NCBI GenBank assembly: GCA_020137815.1
Contig: CM035352.1
Coordinates: 5,332,001 to 5,396,000, forward strand
DNA length: 64,000 bases
Source of the DNA: Hormiphora californensis
Taxonomy: Eukaryota; Animalia; Ctenophora
Direction of reading: 5' to 3'
A program made the translations under genes and the position numbers. Under the pieces are notes generated by a model. It was given only the letters and a program-made list of their open reading frames with translations. It had not been told where the DNA came from and searched no databases. This document shows positions 30,911 to 44,591 of this stretch, piece after piece (the first letter of the stretch is position 1; each line of letters begins with the position of its first letter).

Positions 30911-33743
30911 CTCGACATGTAATCATCATCCATTTGTATTAATTTATTATCTTTTCGCTCGAACCCGTTCCTGCTTGTTTTAGGCTCCCTTAGATTCAGA
31001 CGGTTTGCTTCTTCAGTTCCTGATAAGTTGTCTCTTCTTAGAATTCATTGTAGCAGATTGGGCTTCTTTGCAGATAGTTTAGGAGGTCTTGTGCTCCGTC
31101 ACCATGAGCTTTAATCCCACTTTACTTCCCCCTTTTTAATATCATCCCCTTTCCTTAACCCATATGTACATTGTTAAATTTACCCGTATGTACATTGTTC
31201 TACCTACCCTACCTTTACTCCGCAGGCCCTCCGGGCCCTCAGATCCAACAGGATCCGGGTCCGGGGGATTTAACCCTGCTCTCGCATGGGGCCTCACGGC
31301 CCCATGTGGGAGTGGTGCGTGTAGTGGACCGAGAGAGAGAGAGAGCGGGAGAAAGAGAGAGGGGTGGGTACTGGATACTGGGTAGTGAGAGAAACCTTCT
31401 CCAAATCGTGTCTCATATCGTCTAACACTCCAAATTTAAGCTTTCCAAAATATATTTATTAAACTCTTTTGGGTGGGTGGTATTCAAGACTCAAGGGGTC
31501 AGCCAAAATTTTACACTGACTCATCGTTATTCCCTGGCTCTACCCTCTTTGCGTGCGCCCGCCCTCTTTTACAAATTTAAACGAAGGTTATAACGTCGTT
31601 ATGGGTCTCATGCAGCATGCTGAGAATTTAGATATAGGGATGCCAACCTACTCAGTACTCTTGACATCATATCTATAACCCACACACTCAATTCCAGGTG
31701 TTCAACGGTTGATTGTCCTTCTCAAAAATAGTCCATCAGAGGATAACTACTATCTCATACATCAACAGCTACAGCTGCAGGTGGAACAGGAAAGGAAGCA
31801 GTGAATCACTGTCAGTGACCGATGGGAAAAGGGGTTATGTTGCATGTCGCGCCCCTCTGTTCGCAGCCGAGTGGTTATGGCATCGACATTATAAGGTGAG
31901 AGCAACCAGTGGTAGATTATGCTTTATAGTTCTCTATATTTTAGTTGACAAATGACAAGTCAAAATATTTTAATTCTCTAATTATTTTCTCTCACCCTAC
32001 CTGCTAGCTACCATTCTATGAATCCTCAATCCACCCTCAGTAGCTACTAGCTGTCACTCTCTCGCTCTGGCTCTATCTACCTCTCTCCGCCTCTCTCAAT
32101 CTCCTCTCTCTCTCTCTCTCTCTCTCTTTCGTTGTATGTAGCTGTAGTACGGGATAAGATCTCGCGTATGTGATCCTATCCTTCTAGTTGTGGGTGGTTG
32201 TGTTGCAGGACCGGATCACTCGAATGTGATGTTAGGTTTTATCAGTTGTTTAGCAGACATAAACCCTGGCCCCTGCCATTACTCAACAACCGCCCATAGT
32301 AATCCCTGGCAACCGTTTATCTTCCCTGGGTGGTATTAATTCCACAACCTTCTTTTTTCATTTTTGGTGACCCCCCGAAATTTATAAAACTTTCCTAGTA
32401 ACCGGCCTGGCCCGAACAACATGACACTTGCTATTCCCAAGATAGCAGATATAATGTATAACATATATTCTCTCTACAGATAACGTTACGATTAGTCGAA
32501 CACGGAACACTGTCACATCTTTACCAACCCTCTTTTTTACCCTCTAACACCCCTTCCCTCTCAGGAAAGAGATCTCGAAGAGGAACAGCCCGGCCCAGCA
32601 GCCAAGAGATCTCAGCTGGAAGCTATGACCCAGACTGATAAGGAGATCACATCTCGACCTGAAGCTGATGATGTGGAGGATTACTGTGATAAGGATTGTG
32701 TCCAGCTCTATCCTCTAATCCCAGTTAGGTTGTTTTTCTCAATCGCCTAACTGCTAATTTACACTCTCGTGTACTGGTATAGCCCATGTTATATCTAATC
32801 ACTTAACACCTGCTATCTGAACCGAAACCCCAGTTTCTATCTATCTCACACCAACACCCCTAACTCACCCCCTGATTAACCAGGCCCTAACACCCCATCT
32901 CCTCCTCTCCAGGATCACTCAGAGCCGGAATTCGACTTTGGAGTTGACTGTAACAAACTGCACCACATGTTACTATGACGGCGACTGTGGCCTGTGGGTG
33001 CTGTTGTGATGTATGCTGTGATGTCAGGACATTGAAACAGAATCTTCCTTACTCCCCTACACTGTATATATATATATATCATCTACTGACTGCAGTATTG
33101 ATCCAGCTCCATTTTGGCTGTTTACATGGAATAGGAATAACAGTGAATGGACTCATAAACAATACCGAACATGTCTATTATTACCCCTGTTATTAGAAGG
33201 AGAATACAGAGCGGAATTTTCATTATAGAGTGTTTTGACTATCGAGCTGACCTAAAAATGCCATCCTTTCATTGATGTTTTCTGTTTTATTGCGGCTCAG
33301 TGCCACTACCCACTGCGGTAGTTTTGATAAATTGGTCTACTTTCTAACTGCTGTTCATAGGACACCATTGTATGATATACCTTCCCCACGGCCAGCTCTA
33401 TATTGTATTACCATGTTGGGACTCTCAAGTCCCATATTTCCGTTTAACTTACTATCTCAATGGTGTCCTGCAAGTTTCCAAGGCGACCGGCCACTTTTGG
33501 TGACAAAATCCATTTTCAGTCACACTCACAAACAGTCCGAACGAACTAACACGTACCGCGCGAAAAAAGCGCTCAGCGCGCGGGAGAGAGTGCCACTGTC
33601 AGCTCAATCAGCGATGTCGCCGACGGTCGGCGACGGTCGCCGACGTCGGGCGCGCACAACGATGGAGCAAGGATCCCCACTATTAAGAGTATGCCTCGTG
33701 GAGTAGAATACCCACTGTGAACCGTGCAAAACCAGTACAAATA

Positions 33744-34135
33744 AGGAACCATAATAAAGTTCAAGAGCGCACCCCATCCAAGAGCGCACCACCTCCAAAA
33801 GACACCACTTCAAGAGCGCACCACATCAAAGAGAGCTCCCCATCCAGAAGATACCGCGCGCAGGGGACACCACGCGCAGAAGAGACCGCACGCGCAAATA
33901 CAACGCCGCGCTGGTCTCTTCTGCGCGTGGTGTCCCCTGCGCGTGGTATCTTCTGGATGGGGAGCTCTCTTTGATGTGGTGCGCTCTTGAAGTGGTGTCT
34001 TCTGGAGGTGGTGCGCTCTTGGATGTGGTCTCTTTTGGGTGTGGTACGCTCTCAGGTGTGGTCTCTCTTCGATCGGCTGTGCTCTTGGGTGCTCTTGGGT
34101 GCTCTTGGAGGCTCTTGAACTTTATTATGGTTCCT
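33744..34135. mobile_element. Palindromic MITE flanked by TA
   Basis: TIR AGGAACCATAATAAAGTTCAAGAGC; internal arms built of AAGAGCGCACC-type subrepeats form a near-perfect hairpin centred near 33900. Confidence 0.9.
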
Positions 34136-34141
34136 TATTAT

Positions 34142-34384
34142 AGTCGAATTTTTTATTTAAGCGACAGGCCGCCGCGCATCAAAATGCAGCGCTTGAATGC
34201 AATTTCCGGTTTACCGCGGTTCCTGATAAGCTAGCGACTTTTTCTTAGTGCCATTGGAAAGATAAAATTTTTACCTTTCCAACGCAACCAGGATCAAGAC
34301 TTTATCTTATCAGGAACTGGAGATATGACCAATTAACTAGTTTTTTGTGCGCGGCGGCCTGTCGCTTAAATAAAAAATTCGACT
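34142..34384. mobile_element. MITE with about 37-bp TIRs
   Basis: AGTCGAATTTTTTATTTAAGCGACAGGCCGCCGCGCA is inverted at 34348-34384. Confidence 0.85.
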
Positions 34385-35458
34385 TTAAACTTTCTTAAAA
34401 CTTTTTTGAAAATCTTTCTGGATCTCGTTTTGAAAATCAGATAACGATAATTTCGAATAATAATTTTTACGCTGCAATTGTGTGCCGCGCAGCGCGCGCG
34501 GTTATCGGGCATAAAAACTCAAAAAATCAGGTCTGAGATTTTAGATTTTCAAAAGTTTTTCAAAAATTCTGCAAGCGAGGTTGAAATTTGAAAAACGCTG
34601 CCTTATCCCGCAACAGGGAGACGGAGAAAGGAAAGAAGAAAAAATGAAAAAAAAATAAAAAGAATTCAAAAAAATCGGTGAAAACTGCGAAATTTTGGAT
34701 TTGCCAACAAGCGAGGAAGTCTTTTGGCACTCAGATAGGCGCTAGTGTTAAGAACCAGAAGTCAGAAGGTTACAGGAGAGCCCCCGAGTAAGCTTCCGGT
34801 GGATGGTGGGCTACTGGGATCGATTGAAAAACCCCCAATTTACACCTTGGGCCTTGCAGCGAATTCGGGAACTTTTTTACGTGTGGAGGATTGTCAATGG
34901 CAGTGGCCCAAACAACATTGGAGTAATTTTCGACGAAGAGTGAGGTTCCAACGTCCACACCAGCGTCACTGATCACGATAAATAACTTCTAGAGATGGGA
35001 GGCTGACGCCTGATTCCCGTGCTGTATCTGACCCAAATAGGACTGTTCACAAACCAATCTCAAGGGCCAAGAGGCTTTCGACGAAGTTAATTCCCAGTCA
35101 CGTCCAAGTTGCTCTACATAATATCATACCTGGGGCCATATTGGTTGGTATGCACTGTGCTTAGTGCCATCAGTTATCATGACAACAACAGTAGAAAGAG
35201 AGTGGTGGTAGCGACCCGTGAAAAATTCAAACGCCGCCATCAGGCAGGACTCCTGTTCCCGGTGACTCACAGGATTTCGGCAGGTGACTCACAGCATGAG
35301 AACACAACAGTACAATAAACATGATAGTGACCTGGTCAAGTAGTTGATTTTATCTGAACGTCAGGGTCTTAACTTGCTTGTTGATGTATGGGAGCCAATC
35401 ATTCCTCAACGCCATCTTCTAATGATGAACCTTTTAATGGCATTTTCCAGTTACGGAT

Positions 35459-35612
35459 TAAAATCGGATTTTTTGAAGTTGTCACCCCCCTTCTCGTGCG
35501 TGGAATGTTTTTGCACGTCATATCACATGTTAACGTGTGGTGTGCACGTCAAAATTGATAAATTTCACATGCGTGGTCATTTGGGGGTGACAACTTCAAA
35601 AAATCCGACTTT
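35459..35612. mobile_element. Short MITE
   Basis: TCGGATTTTTTGAAGTTGTCACCCCC / GGGGGTGACAACTTCAAAAAATCCGA. Confidence 0.85.
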
Positions 35613-36474
35613 ACATCTTTAAAAACTTGATGTTGCCCCTCTAATACACACTACACCGTGATACCTGCATCTACCTACTGCTACTACAGATTCTACTAGT
35701 CCGTACGGTCCCTAACCTCGGAGCCGGCGTTCACCTGCCAGCATACCACACACGTTCGAGGAATCAAGCTATTTACTTGTTTTTTAATGACTACTTATGG
35801 TCAAATTTTGTTGGTGAAGTTTTTTATCTGCTTGATTGAAAATAGACATGTTTTTTCTCAATCAAGCTACAACTAATATGTTCTCTGAGGGTTTTTTACT
35901 CATTTTATCAGTTTCCATTGTGGTGCGTGTTAAGCAAAGAGAACCCTGAGAGTTCTGAAGAGAGAGGCTGATATCAGATAAATTGTATATTATTTTGTTA
36001 GTGTATCCAGAGTGCTGCAGTAGCTTGTATTACTAACCCCCCTTATTATAACTGCTATAATGATATGAAAATCTGCAGAGGATGCATGAATCATGATTAA
36101 CTCCTGATAATGGGTGATGTGATTTAACCCATTTATTCAGTCATCAATTTTGACGGCAGATAGCAATAGCAATCATCGCATATTTTATGTGATATCAGGG
36201 ATTGTAAAAAGTAATACACCTTGTGTGTAAAGTCTCAAATTAAATTAAAATTGATTATTGTTTCTATCTAACCCTTCATAATTGCCAGTAAAATAGGGTA
36301 TAGGTGTTTTGTTACGTATGTGATTATGTGGAGATGGGGCGGATATTAATAGAGAGCTGCCCATGCCCCCATGGCTAGAAACCATCGTGGCTTCCTTGAA
36401 GTGTGAGTAAACATTCCTACAATCTTTTCTATTATAATTCTGTTCATTATATTTTAATTTCCTGACAGCTGCAA

Positions 36475-36924
36475 TTCCTTTCCTTTCCTTTCCTTTCCTT
36501 TCCTTTCCTTTCCTTTCCTTTCCTTTCCTTTCCTTTCCTTTCCTTTCCTTTCCTTTCCTTTCCTTTCCTTTCCTTTCCTTTCCTTTCCTTCTTTCCTTTC
36601 CTTTCCTTCTTTCCTTTCCTTTCCTTTCTTTCCTTTCCTTTCCTTTCCTTTCCTTTCTTTCCTTTCCTTTCCTTTCCTTTCCTTTCCTTCTTTCCTTTTC
36701 CTTTCCTTTCCTTTCCTTTCCTTTCCTTTCCTTTCCTTTTTTCCTTTCCTTTCCTTTCCTTTCCTTTCCTTTCCTTTCCTTTCCATTCCTTCTTTCCTTT
36801 CCTTTCCTTTCCTTATTCCCTTTCCTTTCCTTATTCCCTTTCTTTTCCATTCCTTCTTTCCTTTCCTTTCCTTTCCTTATTCCCTTTCTTTCCTTTTTTT
36901 CTTCATTCCTTCTTTCCTTCTTTC
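36475..36924. repeat. (CCTTT)n microsatellite
   Basis: Direct reading. Confidence 0.98.
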
Positions 36925-37015
36925 CGTCAGTTTTGTTGTCTTTGCTCCGCGATCAGCAGCGGTAGTATTAGCAATTGTTGGTGGCAAGCAATAACCAATA
37001 TATATGTAGTGTGAG

Positions 37016-37106
<91 letters not shown>

Positions 37107-37557
37107 CCTCCGTCTCGATTTGTTGCATCACAAATGGCAGATTTGAATGTATACCATCCATCAAGAAAGAGATCTCCGACATGTCTGCATAACGAAAGTG
37201 GGAGATAGTGAGAATTGTTTATTGTTGCCCAATTATAGGTAATTGTAGAAAAGTAGACTACAACATACGTCATACTCGTCCCAGCAGTTATAAAGACCCC
37301 CCATGAAGACATATGTTCCATAATTATACGTCTTTTATTCACTTGGTGTCGAGCTTAAGCTTGTCAGACACTGACCGTACACCGCACAACCTCGGCCCGG
37401 TGCAAAGAGGACGGTCTTATATGAGACTATGTCGAGCAAAGTAGTTGTACAATGTACCTACATGTGTATTTCATATCATGTGTTACTCTACACGATTGAC
37501 GATAGTACACATTCTACACAGTTATCCACACTCCATCTATCTATGTCTCTATCTTTC

Positions 37558-37649
<92 letters not shown>

Positions 37650-37657
37650 ACTCTCTC

Positions 37658-37758
<101 letters not shown>

Positions 37759-38200
37759 GCCTCTTTCTTGTCATTGTTAGATTAAACATTTATTCTTTCA
37801 AGCTTTTAATTCACTGGAGAGATCAATGACACCGCATCTCCACATTCGGACATGCAGTATTTTCGGGTGATTGACGATCATGTACACCGCCAAAACATCT
37901 CTATCTTTATCTTCCCCTCTCTCCGCTCTCTTCCCCTCTCTTTCTCTCACTGTCTCACTGCTTCTGCAGTTCACATGTGTCTTTGTTGTGACGACCGTTA
38001 CCGGCAAAAACCGCGCGCACAGAGGGTCTACTAAAGTCGATATTTTCAGCACTACCGAGAGGTAGAAAGTTTGTCGGTGTGAGCAGTGAGTGTGGTAGCA
38101 TTGCGCCGCGCACACACATGGTCTTCATTTCTCAGGTTCATTCTATCCCAAATTCCTTCACCTCTCCTATCTCTCTTTAACTAACATTTATTCTACACAG

Positions 38201-41200
38201 GCGAGGTATATCTCGAGAATCAAGTGACACACTGACAGCGGGCCAGGAGTGGGGCCGGGGGTCCCCACCGGTTTGTGTGCTGTCCACCCTTTCCAGCAAC
38301 AGGAGCTTGCTTTCTAATGCAGAGTTTGAAAGTACGGAAGGTCTCCACTCGTCAGGAATATCTTCCGCTGATAGTTGGGCACAGGACGATGTGAGTATAA
38401 TATGGATGGGGGGAGTTAGCATCTAGAGTGATGGGTTTAGTTAGTGGTCAACGTCCAATCTCGTTTTATGGTAAAATAGCCATCTCTCTCACCGGCCTTG
38501 ATATTCACCAACACCACACTGCCAGGAGTTCGATAGGAATGCCACAAGAAAAGTGCGGAGTATGTTTGAGGAACTCCAGTCTGCTTTGTTTGAGGGGCGA
38601 ACCTGCAGCAGGGGACTGGAGAGGGAAATAGGGGAGTGGACTGAGACCTTCCCTCATATGAGGTGTCTTGGAAGACAGGTAGGATGTCTCTCTCGCCCCA
38701 TTTAGTATTAGGACTTGCTCAAAATTTAGACCAGCTTTTCTCTCAACACCGCTCAGCCGTGTGCGAACAATTCGACTGTTATGTCTGTTATTTTACTTGA
38801 GTAGCCTCGTCACCATCCCCACTGTATTGTCACCACCACGCATTTCTCTACTAAATGTGTATCTATTATGTATGTGTATGTATGTGTATCTATTATGTTA
38901 TCTTGTTATAACAGGTCTGCCCGTCCGCCGACTCTGGAACAGAATTCTACGCCAACACAACAGAGCTGACGAAGCGAGAACTAGATTTAATATTAGATCG
39001 GGCTTTAGGACCTGCGGGGGAGGGTCTTGTGATAGAGGGATGCAAAATAAAACAAACCGAATCTTTATCACCCTTCCCGACCGAAGAAATAATAGCTGCA
39101 GGTATTTTAGTAATTTACAATTGCTGTTATACTCGCTTTTCATTAATTTTGTTTTGTTGAAAACTTGCCTGGCTAGACTGTGTTTCGGGCAAATGTAAAG
39201 GGAGGGTTAGAACATAACAATTGAAAGCATAGATCAAGAGCTGGATTTACACCATCTTTTCCAATCGCTCACATAACAACTGTTACAGAGGGCAGTAGTG
39301 AGGAGTACATAGCGTTAGATAAACCCGAATCGATATCAAGTGTTGCCCAAGTGTACTACAAGTACCACCAGAAACCAGGTACATGTGGTTCACATGGCTG
39401 TTATCAACTCACCCAGCTGGGTCATTACACAGAAGAATTACTGCGTTAGTTTCCCCAGAGTTTCAGTTTCTATCTAGAAGAGCATATGCTAACATTGCCC
39501 CCCTTCATTAGGGTTCCCTCCGATTACACCCAAATCACACCGAAGACACACAATACACAGTTTGGTATTCGAATCAATGTGGACTGACTGTGTGAATGCT
39601 TGTGAACCACTTGTCAACAAGGTATAGCTTGTGAATCCTTATTTTAATAAACTACCCCCCCAAGTCTACCATAGTTCCAGATTTCGTGGAGCTTTAAAAT
39701 TTGGTACAGTAACTCTATGAGACAAATAAATAACTTGACCAAAATTTCAGACCTCTAGCTCAAAATTCATTTTTTTGATCGGAATGAACATTGTCATTCA
39801 TTCCAGAAAAAAATATTTTCCGGTCCAAAATTTAGCCAATTATGTTTGGCTATCGATTAGCTTTCCAATGTGACCAAGATCAGTTAAATTGGACAACCAC
39901 AAGAGACACAGTGCCATGTTTCTTAAAGTTAGTCAGGTCATGTGATCCTCACCGAATCATGGAGAGATTCGGTATTGCTAATCAGGCCAAGGGGCAGAGT
40001 AATCTCGTATCACGGCCGCTAATGAGGTATGTGTACCAATACAGGGTGATGTGATTCGAGGAAAGATTACATTTATCAAAGAGCTACAGATCTCATGACC
40101 AATCAGCATCGTCATCCCTCATTAGCAGCCGTGATACGTGATTCTCTACCACTTAGACCGATTCGTAATACTGAACACTCAACGATTCGGCGAGGATTAC
40201 ATGACCTGACTAACTTTAAGAAACATGACACTGTGTCTCTTGTGGTTGTCCAATTTAACTGATCTTGGTCACATTGGAAAGCTAATCGATAGCCAAACAT
40301 AATTGGCTAAATTTTGGACCGGAAAATATTTTTTTTCTGGAATGAATGACAATGTTCATTCCGATCAGAAAAATGAATTTTGAGCTAGAGGTCTGAAATT
40401 TTGGTCAAGTTATTTATTTGTCTCATAGAGCTACTGTACCAAATTTTAGAACTCCACGATATCTGGAACTATGGTAGTTTTGGGGGGGGGGGGGGGGGGC
40501 ATTTTTATTGCCCCACACGGTAGTAGTTTATTGATTCCTAGTTTATTGATTTCCGCTGTTTCCTGGACCCTGGTATCTAGTTATAAGTTGTCAAATTGAT
40601 ACCGGTGCTAAAGTTGGGACACTTTTTAGATTTGTTCCAACGTGTTACCAAGGATACGAAGTATCTCCCAACGACCGTCTCTAAGTAGCCCGCTGGTTCG
40701 ACATGGGGAATCCAGAGGGCTACAGGATGTTATAACCATCAAACGGTTACCCCTACAGGAGAGGAGTTCTTCTCAACAGACGTATGTTACCATAGCAACA
40801 ATCTGTAGTTACCATAGCAACTATCTGTAGTTACCATAGCAACAATCTGTAGTTACCATAGCAACTATCTGTAGTTACCATAGCAACTATCTGTAGTTAC
40901 TATGGCAACTATCTGTAGTAGTTACCATAGCAACTATTTGTAGCTACCATGACAACTATCTGTAGTTACCATAGCAACTATTTGTAGTTACCATAGCAAT
41001 TGTTTCCCATATTTGTTTATTAGCAACTAACGCTAAGCAGCCAGTAGTCTCTTAGCAACTAACGCTTAGCAACCAGTATTCTCAGGGACATGTCACAGAT
41101 CAGTAGGCCACACTCAAGTCGCCTTACAACGGTCAAATCAGTGAGTTTGTTACCACTTCGTCAGAAGAGCAGGGAACATCTTCTACCCCCGATGGACCGA

Positions 41201-42382
41201 TCTAAAATACTGGTAAGTAGTTTTAAATATGGTGTCCTATTTTGAATAATATAATTCTGTAAAACATTTTCCTGAAATCCAACAACAAGTCATTTCAGTC
41301 GCCTATATTCAACACATCAGCTGCACCACCAGACACTACTGGAATCTCTGTAGCTGGCCTGAGGGGACGCCAACTGTAAGTAACTCCATCCTCATTCCTC
41401 GTTTTGTTCCCTCCCTGCATTATTGTACGTGACTCCCAGCTGTCCTTGTATTTCTGTATCGGGATTCGAGTTCGTGTGATTTATAACAACTCTTCACCTC
41501 TTCAGACGGCAACAGCCACGGCGGTTACCGCCCCTCGTATCGGACCAAGGAGAGGAAGCCCTCAGAGTGGGGGCGGGGGAAGTCCCGAGCAGCCAGCGCT
41601 CAGCCTGAGGACAGCAGTAGGAGAAATATGAGGTCGTTCTATACAGCGGACGGGAGACCAAACACCACAAGTACATTCCGAGTTCCAACGGCACGGGGCC
41701 GGTCGAATAGGAAGAATGTGGCACCAATCGGTCTAGAGATATTCGGTACCACGGTAACAGGCAAAGGTAAGAGCCAAATTGAATTGTTCATACTACTTTC
41801 TTTTTATTCTAAAAATCAAAATGTCTTCCGTGCACGGAAACAGTGTCAAGCGACTCAAGAGCCAAACGCGTATTTAGATTTAGGTAAAAACAAGCACCTG
41901 TGTATGATTTTAAGATGATCATTTACAAAATATTTCTGCAGTTTCAGGAGGGAGCCGACAAAGTTCACGGTTAGATCTGGAGGCCCAGCTGGCTGTTGCC
42001 ATGGATACAGAATTCCCATCGCCCCCAGATCACCCACCACCGCCGCCACCCAATCGTACCTCCCCCTCTACCAAAACTCAGACAATAACAGAGAACGTAT
42101 TTACCAAGCCTGGTCGGGTGTGGATCACCGGAGTACAAGGTTTGTAACTATCAGCTAGACTCTTTTATAGATTACTACCCCCTCGGCAGAGAAAAGTGTT
42201 ATCAGAACTGTTTTTTTTCTCGTACATCCAGTAACTCCTTCTCTTCCTATCTCTTCCTATCTCATTCTCGTTTCGCTGGTTAGATCTGGGCTAACTCGTG
42301 CGCTCCAGATATTGACGCTGACTCGGATGTCATGCTCCGCAAGAGGTTGTTCCTGGATAATCGACTATGGAAGAGCCGCTGA
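38201..42382 (+). CDS. FAM149-family (DUF3719) ciliary protein, FAM149B1-like; at least 11 exons, first exon unresolved
   Basis: Phase-consistent GT-AG exons 38201-38390, 38526-38678, 38915-39101, 39289-39378, 39512-39621, 40630-40781, 41086-41212, 41299-41375, 41516-41766, 41942-42139, 42309-42382. SWAQDDEFDRNATRKVRSMFEELQSALFEG...EIGEWTETFPHMRCLGRQ matches DUF3719; also EEIIAAEGSSEEYIALD and GFPPITP. Confidence 0.88.
39165..39220 (+). mobile_element. Tiny TTG...CAA element, copy 3 (56 bp)
   Basis: Same ends as copies 1 and 2; TSD TTGAAAAC/TTGAAAGC. Confidence 0.85.
39645..40531. mobile_element. Foldback MITE with about 380-bp arms in a FAM149 intron
   Basis: 39655-40026 is inverted at 40114-40499; mirrored ORFs MFGYRLAFQCD on both strands. 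Confidence 0.92.
40786..41000. repeat. 22-bp minisatellite x10; the unit contains an RFX X-box
   Basis: GTTACCATAGCAACTATCTGTA repeated; the 14-mer fits the X-box consensus GTNRCC-N0-3-RGYAAC. Confidence 0.95.
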
Positions 42383-44591
42383 ACTGCTATCACACACACA
42401 CACATATTCCATATCCCAGATTGTGCACTGGTCTAGAAGACATGCTTCATTCATTGTCATATGATATATAATGCTACCACCAGGCACCATTATAATACCA
42501 CTCATGTATTGATCTGGACTTGTATACTGCACCGTTCCCTGCACTTTGAGAGGGATGTTATTGCACATGATTTATTGTATACCTGACATTATAACATACA
42601 TGAACCCACTAATATTGTACCATTCTTCTTATGTGTGATATATCCACTCTTTTTTAAACCCTCAAAAACCGTGTTTAATAAATCTTGTTAAACCACACCG
42701 TTGTTCAAATAACTCTGACCATCACAGTAGATTGTGTTTTGTCTTATTGGGAACAATGTGAATCAGAATGACTAAATGAATTCACCAGGTCTGCCCCTTT
42801 CTCAGTGAGAGAAAGAAGATTCATAGCATTATTTATAACTTTCCCAACATGTGCACAGTTTTGATTATATTCCCCCTTGCCCCCTGATCCCCTGTTCACC
42901 TGTGCAGCCTGTATTCTAGTTGTTACAAGCTCATTACTTCATTATATCTCGACTTCTTCTTGGCTAAACCGCACGTGTTTCAGGTGCTGCACTGAGGAAG
43001 AGCTCTAACGTGAGGTGAAGCTGTGTTGTGTGACCCCCGTCTGACTCCGGAGATCTGCCTCTCAAATGGATTTATATCGGTGAAAACGGGAGCTGACAAC
43101 CTTGGAGTTTCTCTGTGTGTGATTTGGGCTAATGATAACTTTGCAGACGACTTGTGACTCTCACATTTTTAATTATTTTACCTCATTTTTTGTTGATATA
43201 TATGCGACGCATCATGTGTATGCGTGAAGAACTGGTTCTATTTTTGTTGTATATTTTCTCTCGAGGTTGCGATTATTTTTTCAAATTTACCTGTATATCC
43301 CTTCCTGATACACGAACGAGAATTTAAATCCTGAGTTGATCACAGTGTAAATTCGATCCCCGCCTAGTGACAGTGCAGGCTCCTCTCGCCAACTTAGGGG
43401 CGACTTTGGAACCCGCCAAACGGCAAACCTAGACGCCTGCAATATCTGCGAGAGAGGGAGCAGAGAGAGAGAGAGAGATTTGTTTAATAATGTTTCTGTA
43501 TAACTTGACATGTAGCCCCTTCCTTTCAATTGGAAAATAACTTGTTTTCAATGATCCTCCTCGATAATCTACCACATGTGAAAACCGACCTTTATTTATC
43601 ACATGGTACACCCCCGTCCGGCGCCCCCCCCCCCCCTGCTCAAACCGCATTCAAAGTTCAAACTATATTGTTGATAGATAACCCCTTCACTTCCCCCACT
43701 CCAAATCTTCCTTCCATTTCTCAAAGTGACATGTTTGACGTAGATATCTGGAATGATAGTGCTGCTGCCGTGAATTGGACGTGTTTTGAGATATCACGCT
43801 GTCAGAGTATTGGCTTGACAGAGGTCACGTGAAGAGTTGCTGCGATATGACGTCATATATTCCTTGGAGCACTTGGAGGATCATCTTCTGCGACACAAGT
43901 ATGTGAATTTGTTTTTTTTTGTGAATTGGTGTCCGTATTCAAGGGCTTTGAGAGTCCCACTTACCACTACACTGTCTCCCCCTCCACAATTTAATAGTTT
44001 AGATTCTGTCTAGCCACTCCATTCATGGATGGTTCACCAAAAATTGATTAGAAACCCAATTCTATTTCTTGCTTGACGCAGATTCTCTCTTTTCTGAGGT
44101 CTGACAGGTTAATTATAATTTCGTTTCAATCTCAAATATAGGTATGCATGATTCCCCGTAGATCCAGGGTTATGTTACCTTTATATTTGAAATTTAAGTT
44201 GACACTGAAAATCTGAGCGCACTTATTAGAGAATCAAATTGGGGGCTGGCGCCGCCAGACAGTGTGGGTTGCGGGGCGCGGTGAAACAGGGTCGAGTTAT
44301 AAGGCAATCAGATTCAAATCGTAGGAATAAATGACATAATTTTACTGTTTATTTGAGATAATATGAGGTACTACATAAAAATAAAATACTAAATTAAATT
44401 CACACCAAATGTATATATTACGTTGCAGTGTGACTGTGTGTGTTGTAATTGTATGCTGTCCTCATTGTGTAATATACATAGTTGTCCTAACGTCCTGAAG
44501 CCTGAAAGTGAAACATCACAATTGTCCATATTTTAGTTTTTCAACCTGAACGCGTGCTGCCCGGGTTCATGTAGGTGTAGTTGCTCAATGC

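Noticed and set aside
36235-36250. Further SL remnants (TTAATTTGAG on the minus strand here; AATAATTTGAG at about 28711)
   Set aside because: Only 10-11 AT-rich matching bases, expected by chance
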